The notes under the pieces were generated by a model, which was not told where the DNA came from, did no database searches, and was given only the letters and a program-made list of their open reading frames with translations. This document shows positions 46,132 through 59,058 of a stretch of 64,000 bases of DNA, in pieces (position 1 is the stretch's first letter; the number at the start of each line of letters is the position of its first letter). The translations under genes and the position numbers were made by a program. Source of the stretch: Mnemiopsis leidyi (lineage: Eukaryota). The stretch lies in assembly GCA_048537945.1 (NCBI GenBank), contig CM108484.1, positions 18,945,034-19,009,033 of the forward strand. Reading direction: 5' to 3'.

Positions 46132-46349
46132 CTGTACAATAGCACTGCAGAAAAAAGCAGTATAAAAAGGAAACCCAATATGTGTAGGGTCGATAATGTC
46201 CTTGACAGTCAAGAAAACAGCATGCCCCGGTACTGTAAGTAGCAGGAGGAACAGCGAAGTTTTGTACTCCGAAAAATCTGTTCTGCCGTGAATGTTAAAA
46301 GAGGTGGATAGTCGGCTGGCTTGGATTGCTGCTAGGTTACCTCCAATAC
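46132..46349 (-). CDS. SLC41: SLC41 exon (G-IGGNLAAIQASRLSTSFNIHG...TVPGHAVFLTV...AIVQ)
   Basis: GNLAAIQASRLST is the SLC41/MgtE signature. cccag acceptor. CAG|GTTTGT donor. Confidence 0.85.
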
Positions 46350-46563
46350 CTGGGCAGGGCTTGTTTATTTTACGTGGTCTTTTTGTCTAGCTGTGATGGA
46401 GAGTTCTTGACATTTAAAAGGCGAATGATCTAGAAATAGACATGTTTACAATTGCTAAAATTATGTCCCATTCGTGAGAAGATAATATTGTGGTGTGTAC
46501 TAACGCCTTTAACTAACTACACCACTAACTAATTAACAAATTTAAACTAATAATCTTACTAAC

Positions 46564-46791
46564 CGTTAATAATTGGGAGAAAAGCGACGACACTCTGGTA
46601 CTTCTCAGCCACTTTACTCATGATAATTCCCACGCCACTAGAGATAAACATGGCTAACAATATTGGTACCCAGCCTTGCAGTACTGCAGGTCTGGCGTAT
46701 CTGTTGTGCCAGGAGTAGATGAGAAGAGGTGGTATAACTAACACTAACAGTCCTATAACCACACTGCATATCCATATTTGTGTGTTCTTAT
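46564..46791 (-). CDS. SLC41: SLC41 exon (D-KNTQIWICSVVIGLLVLVIPPLLIYSWHNRYARPAVLQGWVPILLAMFISSGVGIIMSKV...FLPIIN)
   Basis: Matches human ...[27 protein letters not shown]...FTPVING. Confidence 0.85.
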
Positions 46792-46989
46792 CTGAAATGT
46801 TTAAGAAAACGTTACACCAAATAATTAACACTAAATAGTTAAAATAAATCTTGTTTAAAAATGGCGATCAACATTCGTCAAAGATTTGCCTTGGAAGTAA
46901 TTGTACTAAAATCAGTTCAAGATGCATTGTGGGTAGGTAGATATGTTGCAAAAAAAGTGAATGCTTCCCTCGGATTTTTATATTTGAAC

Positions 46990-47136
46990 CTGGGATATGA
47001 AAAAGGAGGCTGCCGACTATCGAGAGTATTCCAAGAGTAATGGAGTCTCCAAGACTAGCCGCAATAGGAGTGGATATGTTGTCTGGATTACACTGGTAGT
47101 GGGCCGAGGCTAGGACTATTGCGCACATCGTACCAC
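46990..47136 (-). CDS. SLC41: SLC41 exon (G-GTMCAIVLASAHYQCNPDNISTPIAASLGDSITLGILSIVGSLLFHIP)
   Basis: NPDNxxTPIAASLGD motif. tttcag acceptor. G|GTTCAA donor. Confidence 0.85.
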
Positions 47137-50100
47137 CTGAAATTTGTCTGGTTGTATTTGATGTCCGTAAATAATAAGTTAAAATACCTGGTAAATAAGT
47201 TAATTTAGTTAAGAAATTTTATCCATAGCCACATGGAAAACGCGCAGTGCGCGCACTCAATAGAGTTTATGTAACAAGAACGCTTTTAACCTTTCCCCAG
47301 AAAAATCCTTTCGCGTGTTTCTTATCCTACGATAATGCCACAATTCTCACCCAGCAAATGAATAATATTCATCTGTCGTGTCATATGATCAATTTGGTGA
47401 ACTGATAAGCGATAAGGAATCAGGGTCGTTTTAATCCCATAATATTGATTCGCATACCATAATCAATTATTGCGAAGTTTCTCGAAGAACTGACTTTGGG
47501 CTTTGGCGGAACTTCACATTTCACACCAAAAAACTAGATCAGATAAACTTTGGACGATTTTTTGGTAATCTTTTTTTTGGTAATTTTTTAGGCACATGCT
47601 CTAGTTATGATAATCACGCACCATAAGACCATTTAGCAAAATCCGATGTCGCGATATCTCGTATTTCGTAACTAACTCTCACATGTTGAAATTATGTTTT
47701 GTACTATATATACTAGTGCTATCCGTTTTTTCGGGAGGATTCGGTCAAGTTTTTCATGTGACAGCGATTTATAAGGAGCCAGATACGACCAATCTATTTC
47801 GCAAAACGCTGTCACGAGACACGAAAAAATTTTCCGACTCCCCCAATGAATTCTGACCTCTATAGAGTACTGCAAATGACACACATGGTATTGTTGGGAT
47901 AACTGTGACTGATTAAGGCAGTGATTTTAATCCTTATTTGCGTAGCCTTGTATCCGGTACGCAAGGCGGTGATGTGAACAGGTTCTCAGATCGCATTGTT
48001 TATTGGATCACATCACGAGCCGGCTCACCTCGTGGAGTGACAGAGACTACAGTTAACATTTGGGAAGGAAACAACCCTGTAAGCTGTATGGAGGTCATGC
48101 ACCTTGAGCACACAAAGTAAAAATGTTTCCCTGGGTAAGACTAGCAATCTGTCTATCTTACCTTGATTTACCTTCTTAACACCGTCATTACACACTAATT
48201 ATACAGCTTGTTTATTTAGCTATATTCCAAGTTTACATATTATGAGCATGTTTAAAATTAATTTGATTAGGAAGTTCAATACTATAATAGCAAGAATATG
48301 CAGTATGATAGCAATAATGTGCAGTGTAATAGCAATAATATTTTAGAAGACCTTTTTTAAACGGCCATTCAGATTTTCCAAAAACAGTGTCAGTCACTCT
48401 ACCTCGACAGTAAGGTATATTTTGAGGAACAGTTTTCATGTCTTGTTTTGGAGGTTTTGTTAAAAAACTTTCAAAGCTGTTGAATAAGTACAATAATTTA
48501 GAGGCGTTAAAAAACAGCCGTACAGATGCTCCAAAAACAGTGTCAGTCACCTTACCTCAGTAATCGGAGAATATTTTGAGATTGCCGAACGGTATTCATT
48601 TCTTGTTTTTGACATATTGCTCAAAACCCCTTAAACTTAGACTAAATGCGTTATTTTAGAGGGCACTTCAAAACGGCCGCAAAGATTTTGCTGAAACAAT
48701 GCCACCAAAAGAAAATTACGACTATAAGTCGCTTTTTATGGAGCGTGGAAAAACATAATAATTGGTTCAGCAATAATACTATAAGATCATCATTGAATGC
48801 TCGGCGCTCGCATACACCTGTCCAAATTAGGTCTTGCATTCTCGTCCCATACAAGTCAGAAAATATTCTCCTAACCTTATTCGCATATTTTCCGAAAACA
48901 AGCCTGGCCTTAAAATCCCGCGTCCCCGGTCCCGTCCTTGATGTCAGGTCATGGATACCAAACTTGAAAACCAGGATAGAAACAGGTGAGAACGTAACCA
49001 CAACTACCTACAAACTTAAAATGTTTTCTAAAATAATCTAAATCTCAATTCAAATCTAAGTATCTTTTAAATAAATTGTTCATTCATTGATTCATAAATT
49101 GTTCGATTTCATCGATTTCGGATTTCCAAAAAAAATCATTTTACTTAACGGCGAATTCCTCCTTTACATCGTTACTTAACGTGTCATCCCTCAAGAACGT
49201 TTGGAGAAGTTCGATAAGACATGTGAAGAAGTTAAGTATCTCGCGAGAAACCTTGTTTAACAGTGTGCTAATCAGTTAGACCATGTCTGATTTGTGTATT
49301 TATATTCATGTTAATAACTGACTGAGGCTAACATGTTTTCTTGACGATCATGATCGTTAGCTCTATCATTTTTGCGACAGTTGATAATTGGGACAGGTAC
49401 CTGAACAGTATAAACTTAAGACTCCTCATTTGAGTTACAAGTTCTTATAGGTATGGGAGGAATTTACATCAGACAACAAGTAGAAGAAAAATAACAAGAA
49501 GAAAATCGCTGAGATCCTACGACAGATACCACGAGTAGACCAGACCAGACCAAACAACTTCTCTTCACGACACAGACAAGGGTAAAGTCACGGTACTCAG
49601 ACGGAAGAACATCTCATGTGATGCTAATGAATAAACATTTCTTAATTTATGAGATTGTTATAAATTTCTGGTTTCCACTTCAACAATTCTTTAAAATAAT
49701 AAATTTTAATTGTTACCAGGAGGCAGCTGGATTCAAAATACACGCTGAAATAATATGTTTATATAGTCTTCAAAGGGTTAATCAGACTCAGAGGAAGTTA
49801 GACCATATGGCTCCAGGGTAAATTTCTACAATAGTGTAACTTCTTAGGCAGCTGGTTATTTTTCATGGTTAGGGTGACAATTTCAACTGTAAAATGGGTC
49901 AAAGTACTGCCTCCAGATTTTAGTGCTAACTGACTTTAGCGATTTAATTTGTCTACCAAATTAAGTACACTGGAATGTGTAAAGTCTCCAGGGGATGTAT
50001 ACATCTATGTTACCAAATATAATGAAGTTTATACTTGTACACACGATGTTATGAAGTTTATCATTGTACACACAATGGGATTATACATACTTCGCCAATG

Positions 50101-51081
50101 TATATGAACAAAGTTAAGATAATCAAATATCCAGATCACCAATTTCTTTCTTCTTGTTTTAGTAATATATTGTGTTCCTGGGCATATGTTTCAGTATTAG
50201 AAAATGATTTAAATCAAGAGGCTCAACTTTTCGCTCTTTAAATAGAGACGTCATCAATGAATCATTCTCGAACATGACGAAAATAAGAATTATGATATTT
50301 GGTTTCGGAAGGAAGTGTTATGACTAAGATTCGATGTAGTTGCCTCTAGGTTACCAATCCTCCAACCACACTTCACTTTTTTCTCTGTCTTCTACGTCTA
50401 TTTACATTCTGTACACTGTACATCAGCTGTGTGAGTGTGTTGTAACCAATATCGGTGTAAGTTATATCGGTACATACACATGAACAAACTAATCGAATAT
50501 TTGTAAAGTGCCCAAAACTCTTATTTTACCGGAAGTTTACTGTTTTGTTATATCAATACATTTATGTTTTCTCCCTATAAGTAGGGAGAAACATAATCGT
50601 ATGAAAGAAGGCCCAGCACTGTAGGGAACCATATTCTCTTATCATCTGATCTTAGGGTGCTATTAGATTTTCAATTCCTGTTTCTTGTTATCGCTACAGG
50701 TCGGCAGTATAATTAGCAGATTTCCTTCGCCCGGTACGGCGGCTCTATTTAAACCTTATCTCTCAGTCTCTCAGTGTAATTTGTACAGCAGTGCCTCCTC
50801 TTCTTCGTAGGGATTAATGCACGGAAATTGAATGTAGGTACAAATACAAACATGAGAATATATATATATAATATGAAATCATGTATGTTCAATATTCAGT
50901 GTGCATTTCAAACTCCTTATCTACATTATCAATACCACCTGACTCGCTATACAAGACCTACTCAAGTTTATTTTGTTTTTTCGTTCTGCGCCCTTTCTCT
51001 TGCATTGACAGTTACCTTCTTATTCACGACATCTAGATGTTACTCCAGAATTCAGGTCGCAGATCGTATCCGATCTTCACG

Positions 51082-51124
51082 ATGATGATTTTGCGTTTTC
51101 TCATCGGACCTGTTCTAATGATAG
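51082..51124 (+). CDS. GAA: GH31 alpha-glucosidase exon 1 (MMILRFLIGPVLMI; signal peptide). An in-frame ATG at 51037 is also possible.
   Basis: Hydrophobic h-region. G|GTATGT donor, phase 1, which pairs with the next exon's acceptor. TATA-like CTATTTAAA at 50743. Confidence 0.5.
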
Positions 51125-52124
51125 GTATGTAATTCTACAACAAAATTATCTAGTACTCACTGTAATTATAATCAATAGTACAATAGTACACTGTATGATA
51201 TACCTGTTGCACCATTGTCCTATTTCCGATAATATTTACTTCCCATTACTTTCATAGGCACATTATTGCTGTAATACATCCTTTTGAACTGCAGTTGGGA
51301 ACCCTGACAATATTCTATAAACATAAATATGATAAATATGACTTGGTACATTTTCGATTCAGTGTACACTATGGCCCCAACAACTGATAGTTTACCACAC
51401 CTGTTGTTTCTTCAACATCTGTTCTCGTCTTTAGATTAATCAGGAGTTCAATACCTTTACTTGATATAACTGACAATTATGATGTTAACATGCTGGAACT
51501 AAAGAACTGTAACCAGAGCTTTATAGGGGCAAGGTAGAGAGGGTAAACGTTATGACAGCCGGAACCCGGAATATTAGGCGATAGAATAAGATTTCTTATA
51601 AAAGCTTAACGAATTGTTCATAGTTTCACGGACACAATTTCTACTGGAATTTATCCAGAAAATTCTTGGGCCGACGCGAAAGAGGGAGAAAGCAAGTTCG
51701 TCTGAGTATTTAGATGTTGTCGGATCATACACGACTCACCACGGCGTCAGGAATTTTCTGGATTGACTTTTAGTGGAAACGTCAAGTAGCCCACCCACAT
51801 CTTAACAATCAATAGATCACCTGAGATAGGTTGATGGCTCCCTCCTACAAGTAAACCACAGTTATTTTGCCATATTATTTCACATTATCATAGGCAGTTT
51901 ACTTTGCTACCACAATGCAAAGCTACCACTAAACTGCGAAACTTTAAAACTACGCAACTTTTAAACTGTCGTAGGCAACTAAAATATATCACGTCTTGAT
52001 TTAAAATTGCAAAGCCAACGGTAGAACGTCACACTTAATTATAGTGGGACTACGATCTCATTTTGTCACTGTAACTACCCCACCAACCCGATAACTCACT
52101 TCAAATACCCGACAACTTCCTCAG

Positions 52125-52478
52125 CGGGCGTGGAGAGCAGTTACAAAGCAGTCAATGTGACACACACAGACACAGAAATCAGAGCTACTCTCCTATCTCC
52201 CGACACAGAGATGATATCCCCACTTCTCCTGATAATATCTCTATCTAGCGAGACTACAGTGAGAGTCAAGATAAAGGACCCCAATAACGAGAGATATGAG
52301 GTCCCCTTCCCAGAGACTGAGTATGAGGCTAAGAGAAACATGACAGGGAGTCCTAGATACAAGGTAGTGGTTAATGAGGCTCCCTTCTCGATACAGGTCA
52401 GCCGGGCGGACAGTGGCAGAGTCATATTTGATACAGCAGATCAAGAACTTGTTTTTCAGGATCAGCTTCTTTCCTTAG
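52125..52478 (+). CDS. GAA: GH31 alpha-glucosidase exon 2, N-terminal beta-sandwich (…VRVKIKDPNNERYEVPFPETEY…FQDQLLSL)
   Basis: Matches human GAA TIKDPANRRYEVPLETPHV...FADQFLQLST. cctcag acceptor. G|GTACAC donor. Confidence 0.85.
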
Positions 52479-52650
52479 GTACACTTAATTTAAGTATCAC
52501 AAACATGATATCTATCTCTTAAGCTGATCCCTGTTTTACATACACAAATTTAGAAACAACTTTATCAGTTTCCTCTGTTTCAACAAACAGAAGTTTCCGC
52601 TGTTTCAACAAACAGAAGTTGACTGTGTTGAGACTCTCCTAACCTCCCAG

Positions 52651-52821
52651 GGACAACAATACCCAGCACACTTCTGTACGGTATAGGCGAAGACAGTGCC
52701 CCCCTTCTCAGAGACATGGACGACAAAGTTCACACTCTGTGGACACAAGGAGCCTACTATGTGAAGGGACAAGGGTCGAACTTGTACGGGGCACACCCTT
52801 TCTACATCAACCTTGAATCAG
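52651..52821 (+). CDS. GAA: GH31 alpha-glucosidase exon 3 (GTTIPSTLLYGIGEDSAPLL...NLYGAHPFYINLES)
   Basis: Matches human NLYGSHPFYLALED. G|GTTTAG donor. Confidence 0.85.
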
Positions 52822-52994
52822 GTTTAGTCCCATATCACGTGCTGTGACGTCACGGAAATTTCTTTCTTTAAACCTATAATATCACGTGATAGTCTGAAGT
52901 GTAGCTGCGTACTTGTAAGACTTGTAATCCCTAAACTTCGAACTTAACGTCAAAATCAATCTTTCTAATGAATAATGTTCCTCTCTCCTTCCAG

Positions 52995-53217
52995 CGGGAA
53001 GCCCTGAAAGTAACGGTGTCTTGCTAATGAACTCTAACGCGATGGACATTCTCCTTACAAAGACACCACCAACAGTAACATGGAGGACTATCGGCGGAAT
53101 ATTGGATTTCTCTATATTTGTCGGAAAAAGTCCGTTAGATGTGATAGAATTGTACACTGACCGGGTTGGCAAACCTTTCCTTCCTCCTATCTGGTCTCTT
53201 GGCTTTCATCTTTGTAG
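52995..53217 (+). CDS. GAA: GH31 alpha-glucosidase exon 4 (…GVLLMNSNAMDILLTKTPPTVTWRTIGGILDFSIFVG…PPIWSLGFHLC)
   Basis: Near-identical block to human GVFLLNSNAMDVVL...GGILDVYIFLG...GLGFHLCR. Confidence 0.9.
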
Positions 53218-53397
53218 GTCAGTTCTGTAAAATTTATGCGGGGACCTTTGGACTGACGGCTATAATTGTACCGTCTACCAAAAAGAAAATTAGAAAAATT
53301 TGTTTAACTAAACCTAGGACAAGGTATCTCAATCTTCATTCATCAAGATCACAATCCTGCACTGTTCGCCCCACCATAACCTCCCTTCTCTCTCCAG

Positions 53398-54521
53398 ATG
53401 GGGATACAACACAACGGGGTACATGGAGAGTGTGATGGTCGACATGATCCTCCAGCAAGTTCCTGTAGACGTGCAGTGGAGTGATATCGACTACATGAGT
53501 GAGCACGAGGACTTCACCTACAACAAGGAGAGATTTACTCTTCTTCCAGAGTACATAGACAACGTGCTTCACAAGAACGGAAAACGCTATGTTGTGATGA
53601 TGGACCCTGCGATACACGCGCGATTCAACAAGGGTTACGCGCCAGTAGACAGCGGGGTGAAGATGGACGTGTTTATTAGAAACAACACAGGAGGGTATCT
53701 AGTGGGGGATGTTTGGCCGGGAGACACCGTCTTCCCTGATTTCCTCCATCCTAACACAACAACATGGTGGACTGAGCAACTCACCAACTTCTCTAAAGAG
53801 TTGAGATATGATGGTATCTGGATAGATATGAACGAGCCGGCAAGCTTCTACGATGGTTCCAAAGAGGGATGTCCGTGGAGTGATCCTCTGGAGAAACCTC
53901 CTTACATCCCTGCAGTCAGGACGAGTCTACAGTGGCAGACTCTGTGTATGACCGCTAAACAACATCAGTATCGACATTACGATGTTCACAATCTGTATGG
54001 GTGGTCAGAGTCGCGCGCAACACGTGCAGCACTGCTGTCCCAACGTCCAAACAATAGGACTTTTCTTCTGTCCCGGAGCACGTTTGTCGGAAGTGGGCGC
54101 TGGGCAGCACACTGGACAGGAGACATTGACTCCTCGTGGGAGGACATGCGCGCATCAATACCCAGTCTCATAAACTTTAACATGTACGGGATACCCATGG
54201 TAGGGGCAGATATATGTGGTTTCCAGGACAACAGCAACAAGGAACTGTGTATCAGATGGCACCAGCTGGGGGCATTCTACCCCTTCTCGAGGAATCACAA
54301 CACCCTCTTCGCGCGTCCTCAGGAACCTACAGCCTGGGGTACAGAATCTACAGCAATAATCCGCACAGCTCTGCTGCAACGCTACCGCATAATGCTTTAC
54401 TTGTACAACTTGTTCATACAAGCTAACTCTTTTGGAACTCCAGTAATGCAAGCCTTGTTCATGCAGTTTCCAGAGGACGAGATGACATTCGACAAGGACA
54501 GGCAATTTCTCCTTGGATCAG
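53398..54521 (+). CDS. GAA: GH31 alpha-glucosidase exon 5, catalytic (β/α)8 core (…VDVQWSDIDYM…DGIWIDMNEPASF…HWTGDI…GADICGF…)
   Basis: WIDMNEP contains the catalytic nucleophile. HWTGD and the acid/base region are conserved. The 375-codon frame runs from a ctctccag acceptor to a G|GTATAT donor. Confidence 0.9.
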
Positions 54522-54549
54522 GTATATACTTACACACTACTTACTTACT

Positions 54550-54812
54550 TACATACACAGCTATAGCAACACTGCTGCTATAGCAACACTGCTGCTATAG
54601 CAACACTGCTATAGCAACACTGTTGCTATAGCAACACTGTTGCTATAGCAACACTGCTGCTATAGCAACACTGCTGCTATAGCAACACTGCTGCTATAGC
54701 AACACTGCTGCTATAGCAACACTGCTGCTATAGCAACACTGCTGCTATAGCAACACTGCTGCTATAGCAACACTGCTGCTATAGCAACAATGCTGCTATA
54801 GCAACACTGCAA
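54550..54812. repeat. 17-bp minisatellite (CTGCTATAGCAACACTG) x~15 in the alpha-glucosidase intron
   Basis: Direct reading of the sequence. Confidence 0.9.
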
Positions 54813-55016
54813 CATGACATTTTGATCGACTATCAACTGTCTTGACACAACTGATTACATTACCATGTGTCACAGCGACATACATGATTATGTTGGCTTC
54901 GATATTGATTGTACACATATTCCACTTCAAGTAAGTGAGTGTCACATCATGTGAGTGAGGGTCACGTGACATTACTTAGGTATTTACAAATAAATACCTA
55001 ACTGACACCTCCGCAG

Positions 55017-55636
55017 CGGTGATGGTCTGTCCGACGCTGGAAGAAGGAGCGGAGAGTGTGTGGGTCTACTTCCCAGCCTGTCCCTGGTACTCTATCTGGG
55101 ACTTACACAGAGTCGCTAACGGTGGGGAGGTGTTGGAAAATTACCCAGCTCCTCTAGACACTATCAACGTGTTTGTACGCGGGGGTTCTGTCTTGCCGGT
55201 AGTGTGGGAAGAATCTGGAATTATTCCTACAGCGGAACTTGTGCTTAATTCACCTGACATTTCCCTGTTCTGCTATTTAGATGATACTGGTGCAGCATTA
55301 GGAACGCTTCTTATAGATGACGGTTACAGTGAGAATAAAGACAGGGAGGTTCATCGCGTGCAGTTTAAAATCTCAAACCAGCAGTTGGAGATAATCCCAG
55401 TAACCATGGGAACGAAGGACATGGTGAGAGTAGTCAGCAGTGTCAGTATTGGTGGGGTGGTGTTACCCGGAGGTGATGTGGAGGTGATGGTGGGGGATAT
55501 GAAGCAGTGTGACGTGATATACGACGCGAGCAGCAGGGTGCTGGTGGTGAAGCAGCTGCAAAGCGAGCCCGGCAAGCTCGTCACCACAGACACTCACTCT
55601 ATTGTCACTTGGAAAGCGGCTACCCAGTACAAGTAG
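55017..55636 (+). CDS. GAA: GH31 alpha-glucosidase terminal exon, C-terminal beta-sandwich domains (…VWVYFPACPWYSIWD…[19 protein letters not shown]…YK*)
   Basis: Matches human GYFPLGTWYDL...[20 protein letters not shown]. TAG at 55634. Confidence 0.9.
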
Positions 55637-56175
55637 ATTTACAGATATGATACTGTTGTTGGATACTTTCAAGTCCGTACAGATTTGATACTTTTGTCTT
55701 GTTTCATTCCAGATCAATTTTGGATTTAAAAGATTAAGGTAATTTTAAAAGATTAGGTAAATTCTTGAAATGCGCAGTACACCTTATTACCCACATATAT
55801 TTCAGTGCAGCAGTGCAGCACTGTACATAGAAATAAACAATAAACATGAGCATTGTTTGAAAACAATATCTTCATCATGCGTCACATTATTACACACAAC
55901 ACAAGTACACACTTAACACTCAGTACTTCAGGGCACATGGCTTGTTTTATATCAAAACTTGGCAGGCTAGGTGTAGGTATAATCACTTGATTATACTGCA
56001 CTGTCATTGGTTAGTTCGTGTCACGTGGGAATGATGCTGCTTTCTGATTGGCCGGCTGAACCATTGCGAGTATAATTACTTGGACAAGTTGGACAAGTAC
56101 ATTGTCATTGATATGACGGTTATGTAAATTGCAATTTAGCCTATCACACTTGTCCATGATTATTAAACTGGATGT

Positions 56176-57018
56176 CAGGGGCAAAAATTTGTCGCGGTTT
56201 TTAAGGCCAAAAATCGCGGTGCCGCGACAAGCCAAAATGCCAAAAATCGCGGCCTTGTCGCGGCAAAAATCGTGAAAATCGCGGCTTTGTCGCGGCTAAA
56301 ATTGTAAATATAGGGCTTAGAGTATAATTAATGCAACCATTTTTTCAATTGCCTAATGCTATTGTTTGATTCTAAGTCACTCTTCCGTGTGTGCTCAATA
56401 ACAACATTACAAGCTCGACACTCGACAGAACAATTTATCACCATCTGCGTAAAACTTATCGCGGCCAAACTCTGCAACTCTAACTAAGGCGGAAACCTTT
56501 CCCTGCTTGGCAGCAGGGCTAGGTTTCTTAGAGGGGGATTGACAGACAACATTAGCATTAGGAGGGCGTTTAGACAAAAAACGGTCCATCGAATTGTCAA
56601 TGTGCTTGTGACGATTCAATTATCAAGCAAATTACTGCGCTTGTTAGGAGTGAGATTCGGATTACCAGAGGATATAACGATTGGTCAAGTTTTCTATAAC
56701 GACTGGTCAACTTTTGTAACGACTGGTCAACTTTTGCAACGACTGGTCAACTTTTGTAACGACTGGTCAACTTTTGTAACGACTGGTCAACTTTTATAAC
56801 GACTGGTCAAGTCGTCTTAGGAACGCAGGAATCCCTGGAATTTGACTGATAAGAGTGAATGAAATCGCGGACTGACGCGGAAAATAGTGAAAATCGCGAC
56901 TTATCGCGGAAAAATAAGATAATCGCGATCTGTCGCGGCAAATGCCAAATATCGCGATTTGTCGCGGTTAACGCAAAATATCGCGATTCCGCACCCACCG
57001 CGACAAACTTTTGCCCCT
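56176..57018. mobile_element. hAT-like non-autonomous element/MITE (843 bp)
   Basis: TIR CAGGGGCAAAARTTTGTCGCGGT at both ends. An 8-bp direct TSD CTGGATGT flanks it (56168-56175 and 57019-57026). Internal CGCG-rich sub-repeats and a 20-bp tandem array lie at 56690-56810. Confidence 0.8.
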
Positions 57019-57699
57019 GCTGGATGTAGGCACACACTCGCTCAAAATATCTTGAATTCCTTTTTTTCACATGACCCACCATGCCACATGAAACTACACA
57101 GACTTTTCACAAAGCTTCTTTAAAGTTTATTTCACTGCAATAAAAGAAAGAGTACGTACAAAAGTACAGCAGAGAACCCTTCTCCTTGTACAGTGCTGGA
57201 GAGCATCTACAAAGGATATATATCACACCAGTTCGCCAAAGTGACACTCCTGCTTTTTCCCTGTGTCTCATTATACCCTTTTTATTCTCATGTGCCGTTA
57301 AAATGTAAGGATGTCGAAGGCTGCTGCGAAGTAATAGTTTCTTCCTTTACAGCCAAGTGCTAACTAGAAAACCATTGTTCAGGGTTACAATGCTCTGTAG
57401 CGTGGTTAAAGTTGAAAAAAAGATTTGAAAGCCCACCTGGCAGTTCGTACACGTGTCAATTTATCAGGCTTTTTATACCGTACCGTTATGAAGGCTTAAA
57501 AGGTATTATGAGTTATGTCAAACTTCTCTTGCACAACCTACTATGAACATTAGACAAACTGTTGCAACCACAATCATGAATCATCTATAGATTCCAGTCA
57601 CTTAGTTTGTTTTTTGAGAACGTGTTGGTAAAATATAACAAATGCCAGCTATTTAAGATAATCAAGCTAATCTTCTTCCATCCAGTAGTCAGTACTTAC

Positions 57700-57786
57700 C
57701 AAGAACCACACTGACGAGAGAGGCGGTAATGAGCCCAGTGGCGAAAAGTACGACCATATTTGAAACTGACGTGCCGTATGCTATCC
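57700..57786 (-). CDS. SLC41: SLC41 exon (G-IAYGTSVSNMVVLFATGLITASLVSVVL)
   Basis: TM segment. ctccag acceptor. G|GTAAGT donor. The next exon lies 10.6 kb downstream. Confidence 0.75.
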
Positions 57787-58021
57787 CTGGAGAGGTATAT
57801 GAGTATTAACCAAGACTATCAACTTGTTTTTATGTTGGTTTATCATAGAATCATCCAAGTTTTGGAAGTCAGATTTATTATCTGCGCGTGATCTCTGTGA
57901 TTGTATCTACATGAGGAGTTCATTTTATAGCCTTTGTTAGTACCATAATACCATATTAGATCGTAGTCGATAGGCCCAGTAGATTTGATAAATCAAGTTA
58001 ATTTCACAGTTCCATGGTTAC

Positions 58022-58073
58022 CTGTAATCATAGCAATGAAGGAGGCCAGCAGTCCAACAATCAGCGCCTGCGC
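58022..58073 (-). CDS. SLC41: SLC41 exon (AQALIVGLLASFIAMIT)
   Basis: ctttag acceptor. G|GTAACC donor. Matches human VQATVVGFLASIAAVVFG. Confidence 0.7.
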
Positions 58074-58950
58074 CTAAAGAATAAGTTACAGAGTTACAGT
58101 TATACATTATAGACCAACAGTGCTAAATCAGTAGTTAGTCACAATGATAAGGGCAAACTGTGTTGAATTAATACAGGACGGTTGGTTACAATTTAATCGA
58201 AGTGCACATACTTTGATTAAATTAAATTACACGACTCAGCCATTCTGTTATTAATCAGAAGCGACCATGTTGCCCACCAGACGACATGAATATTCCACAT
58301 ACATGTACCCTGGCAACACTTTTAATTTCGTGTGCAATGAATCACGCAGAATCGGAGCAAATCCATTTCTATCGAGATAATGTGTTTTGCCACACAGCTT
58401 TATACTGAGTAAAGTACCAGCCTGTCTTGACTCGTTATGTACACGGTTATTTTCCTCATGAAAAATTATTTAACACATTTTCTTGTCATGATGGAATGCT
58501 AATTATGTCCTGATACAATCAAACCATACAAAAACATTCACTTTTTGAAATAATCTGCTTCCTCCCAAAACCCGGGATGTCAAGTGAATGTAATTGAATG
58601 TAATTGTGATCACACTACACCCACTGATCTCTGGGGTACATTGGAGGTCACCAGTCCAGTCTCGGACAAGGCAAGCTATGGATGGGGTAAATCGCAGATC
58701 CACACCTCCCGAACACTGATAATTTTGACATTTAGACATACCTGGTCTAACGCAAGATATCCAGCGACTACATTCACATGATTGTCTATACCTCTATGCG
58801 TCTGAAACAGAGAAATTTGTGATATTTAGAGAAAGTAGCATTAGAAAACATAACAATATGAAGCGAAATTCAGCACTGAAGTCGTTACAATGAATGACAA
58901 ACTCTACGATAAAACCTAGATATATCATGAAACAAGGTTACTCTAACTCA

Positions 58951-59058
58951 CCTCCGTACTAAGGCGTGAAGCTAGCGTCATAGCTAAGTTTCCCTTCAGT
59001 CCGAGCAAAGCGGGGACTAAGACGAATAACTCTGATATTGTTTTGAATACCTCCCAAT
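58951..59058 (-). CDS. SLC41: SLC41 exon ([37 protein letters not shown])
   Basis: Near-identical to human [35 protein letters not shown]. ttgcag acceptor. GAG|GTGAGT donor. Confidence 0.9.
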
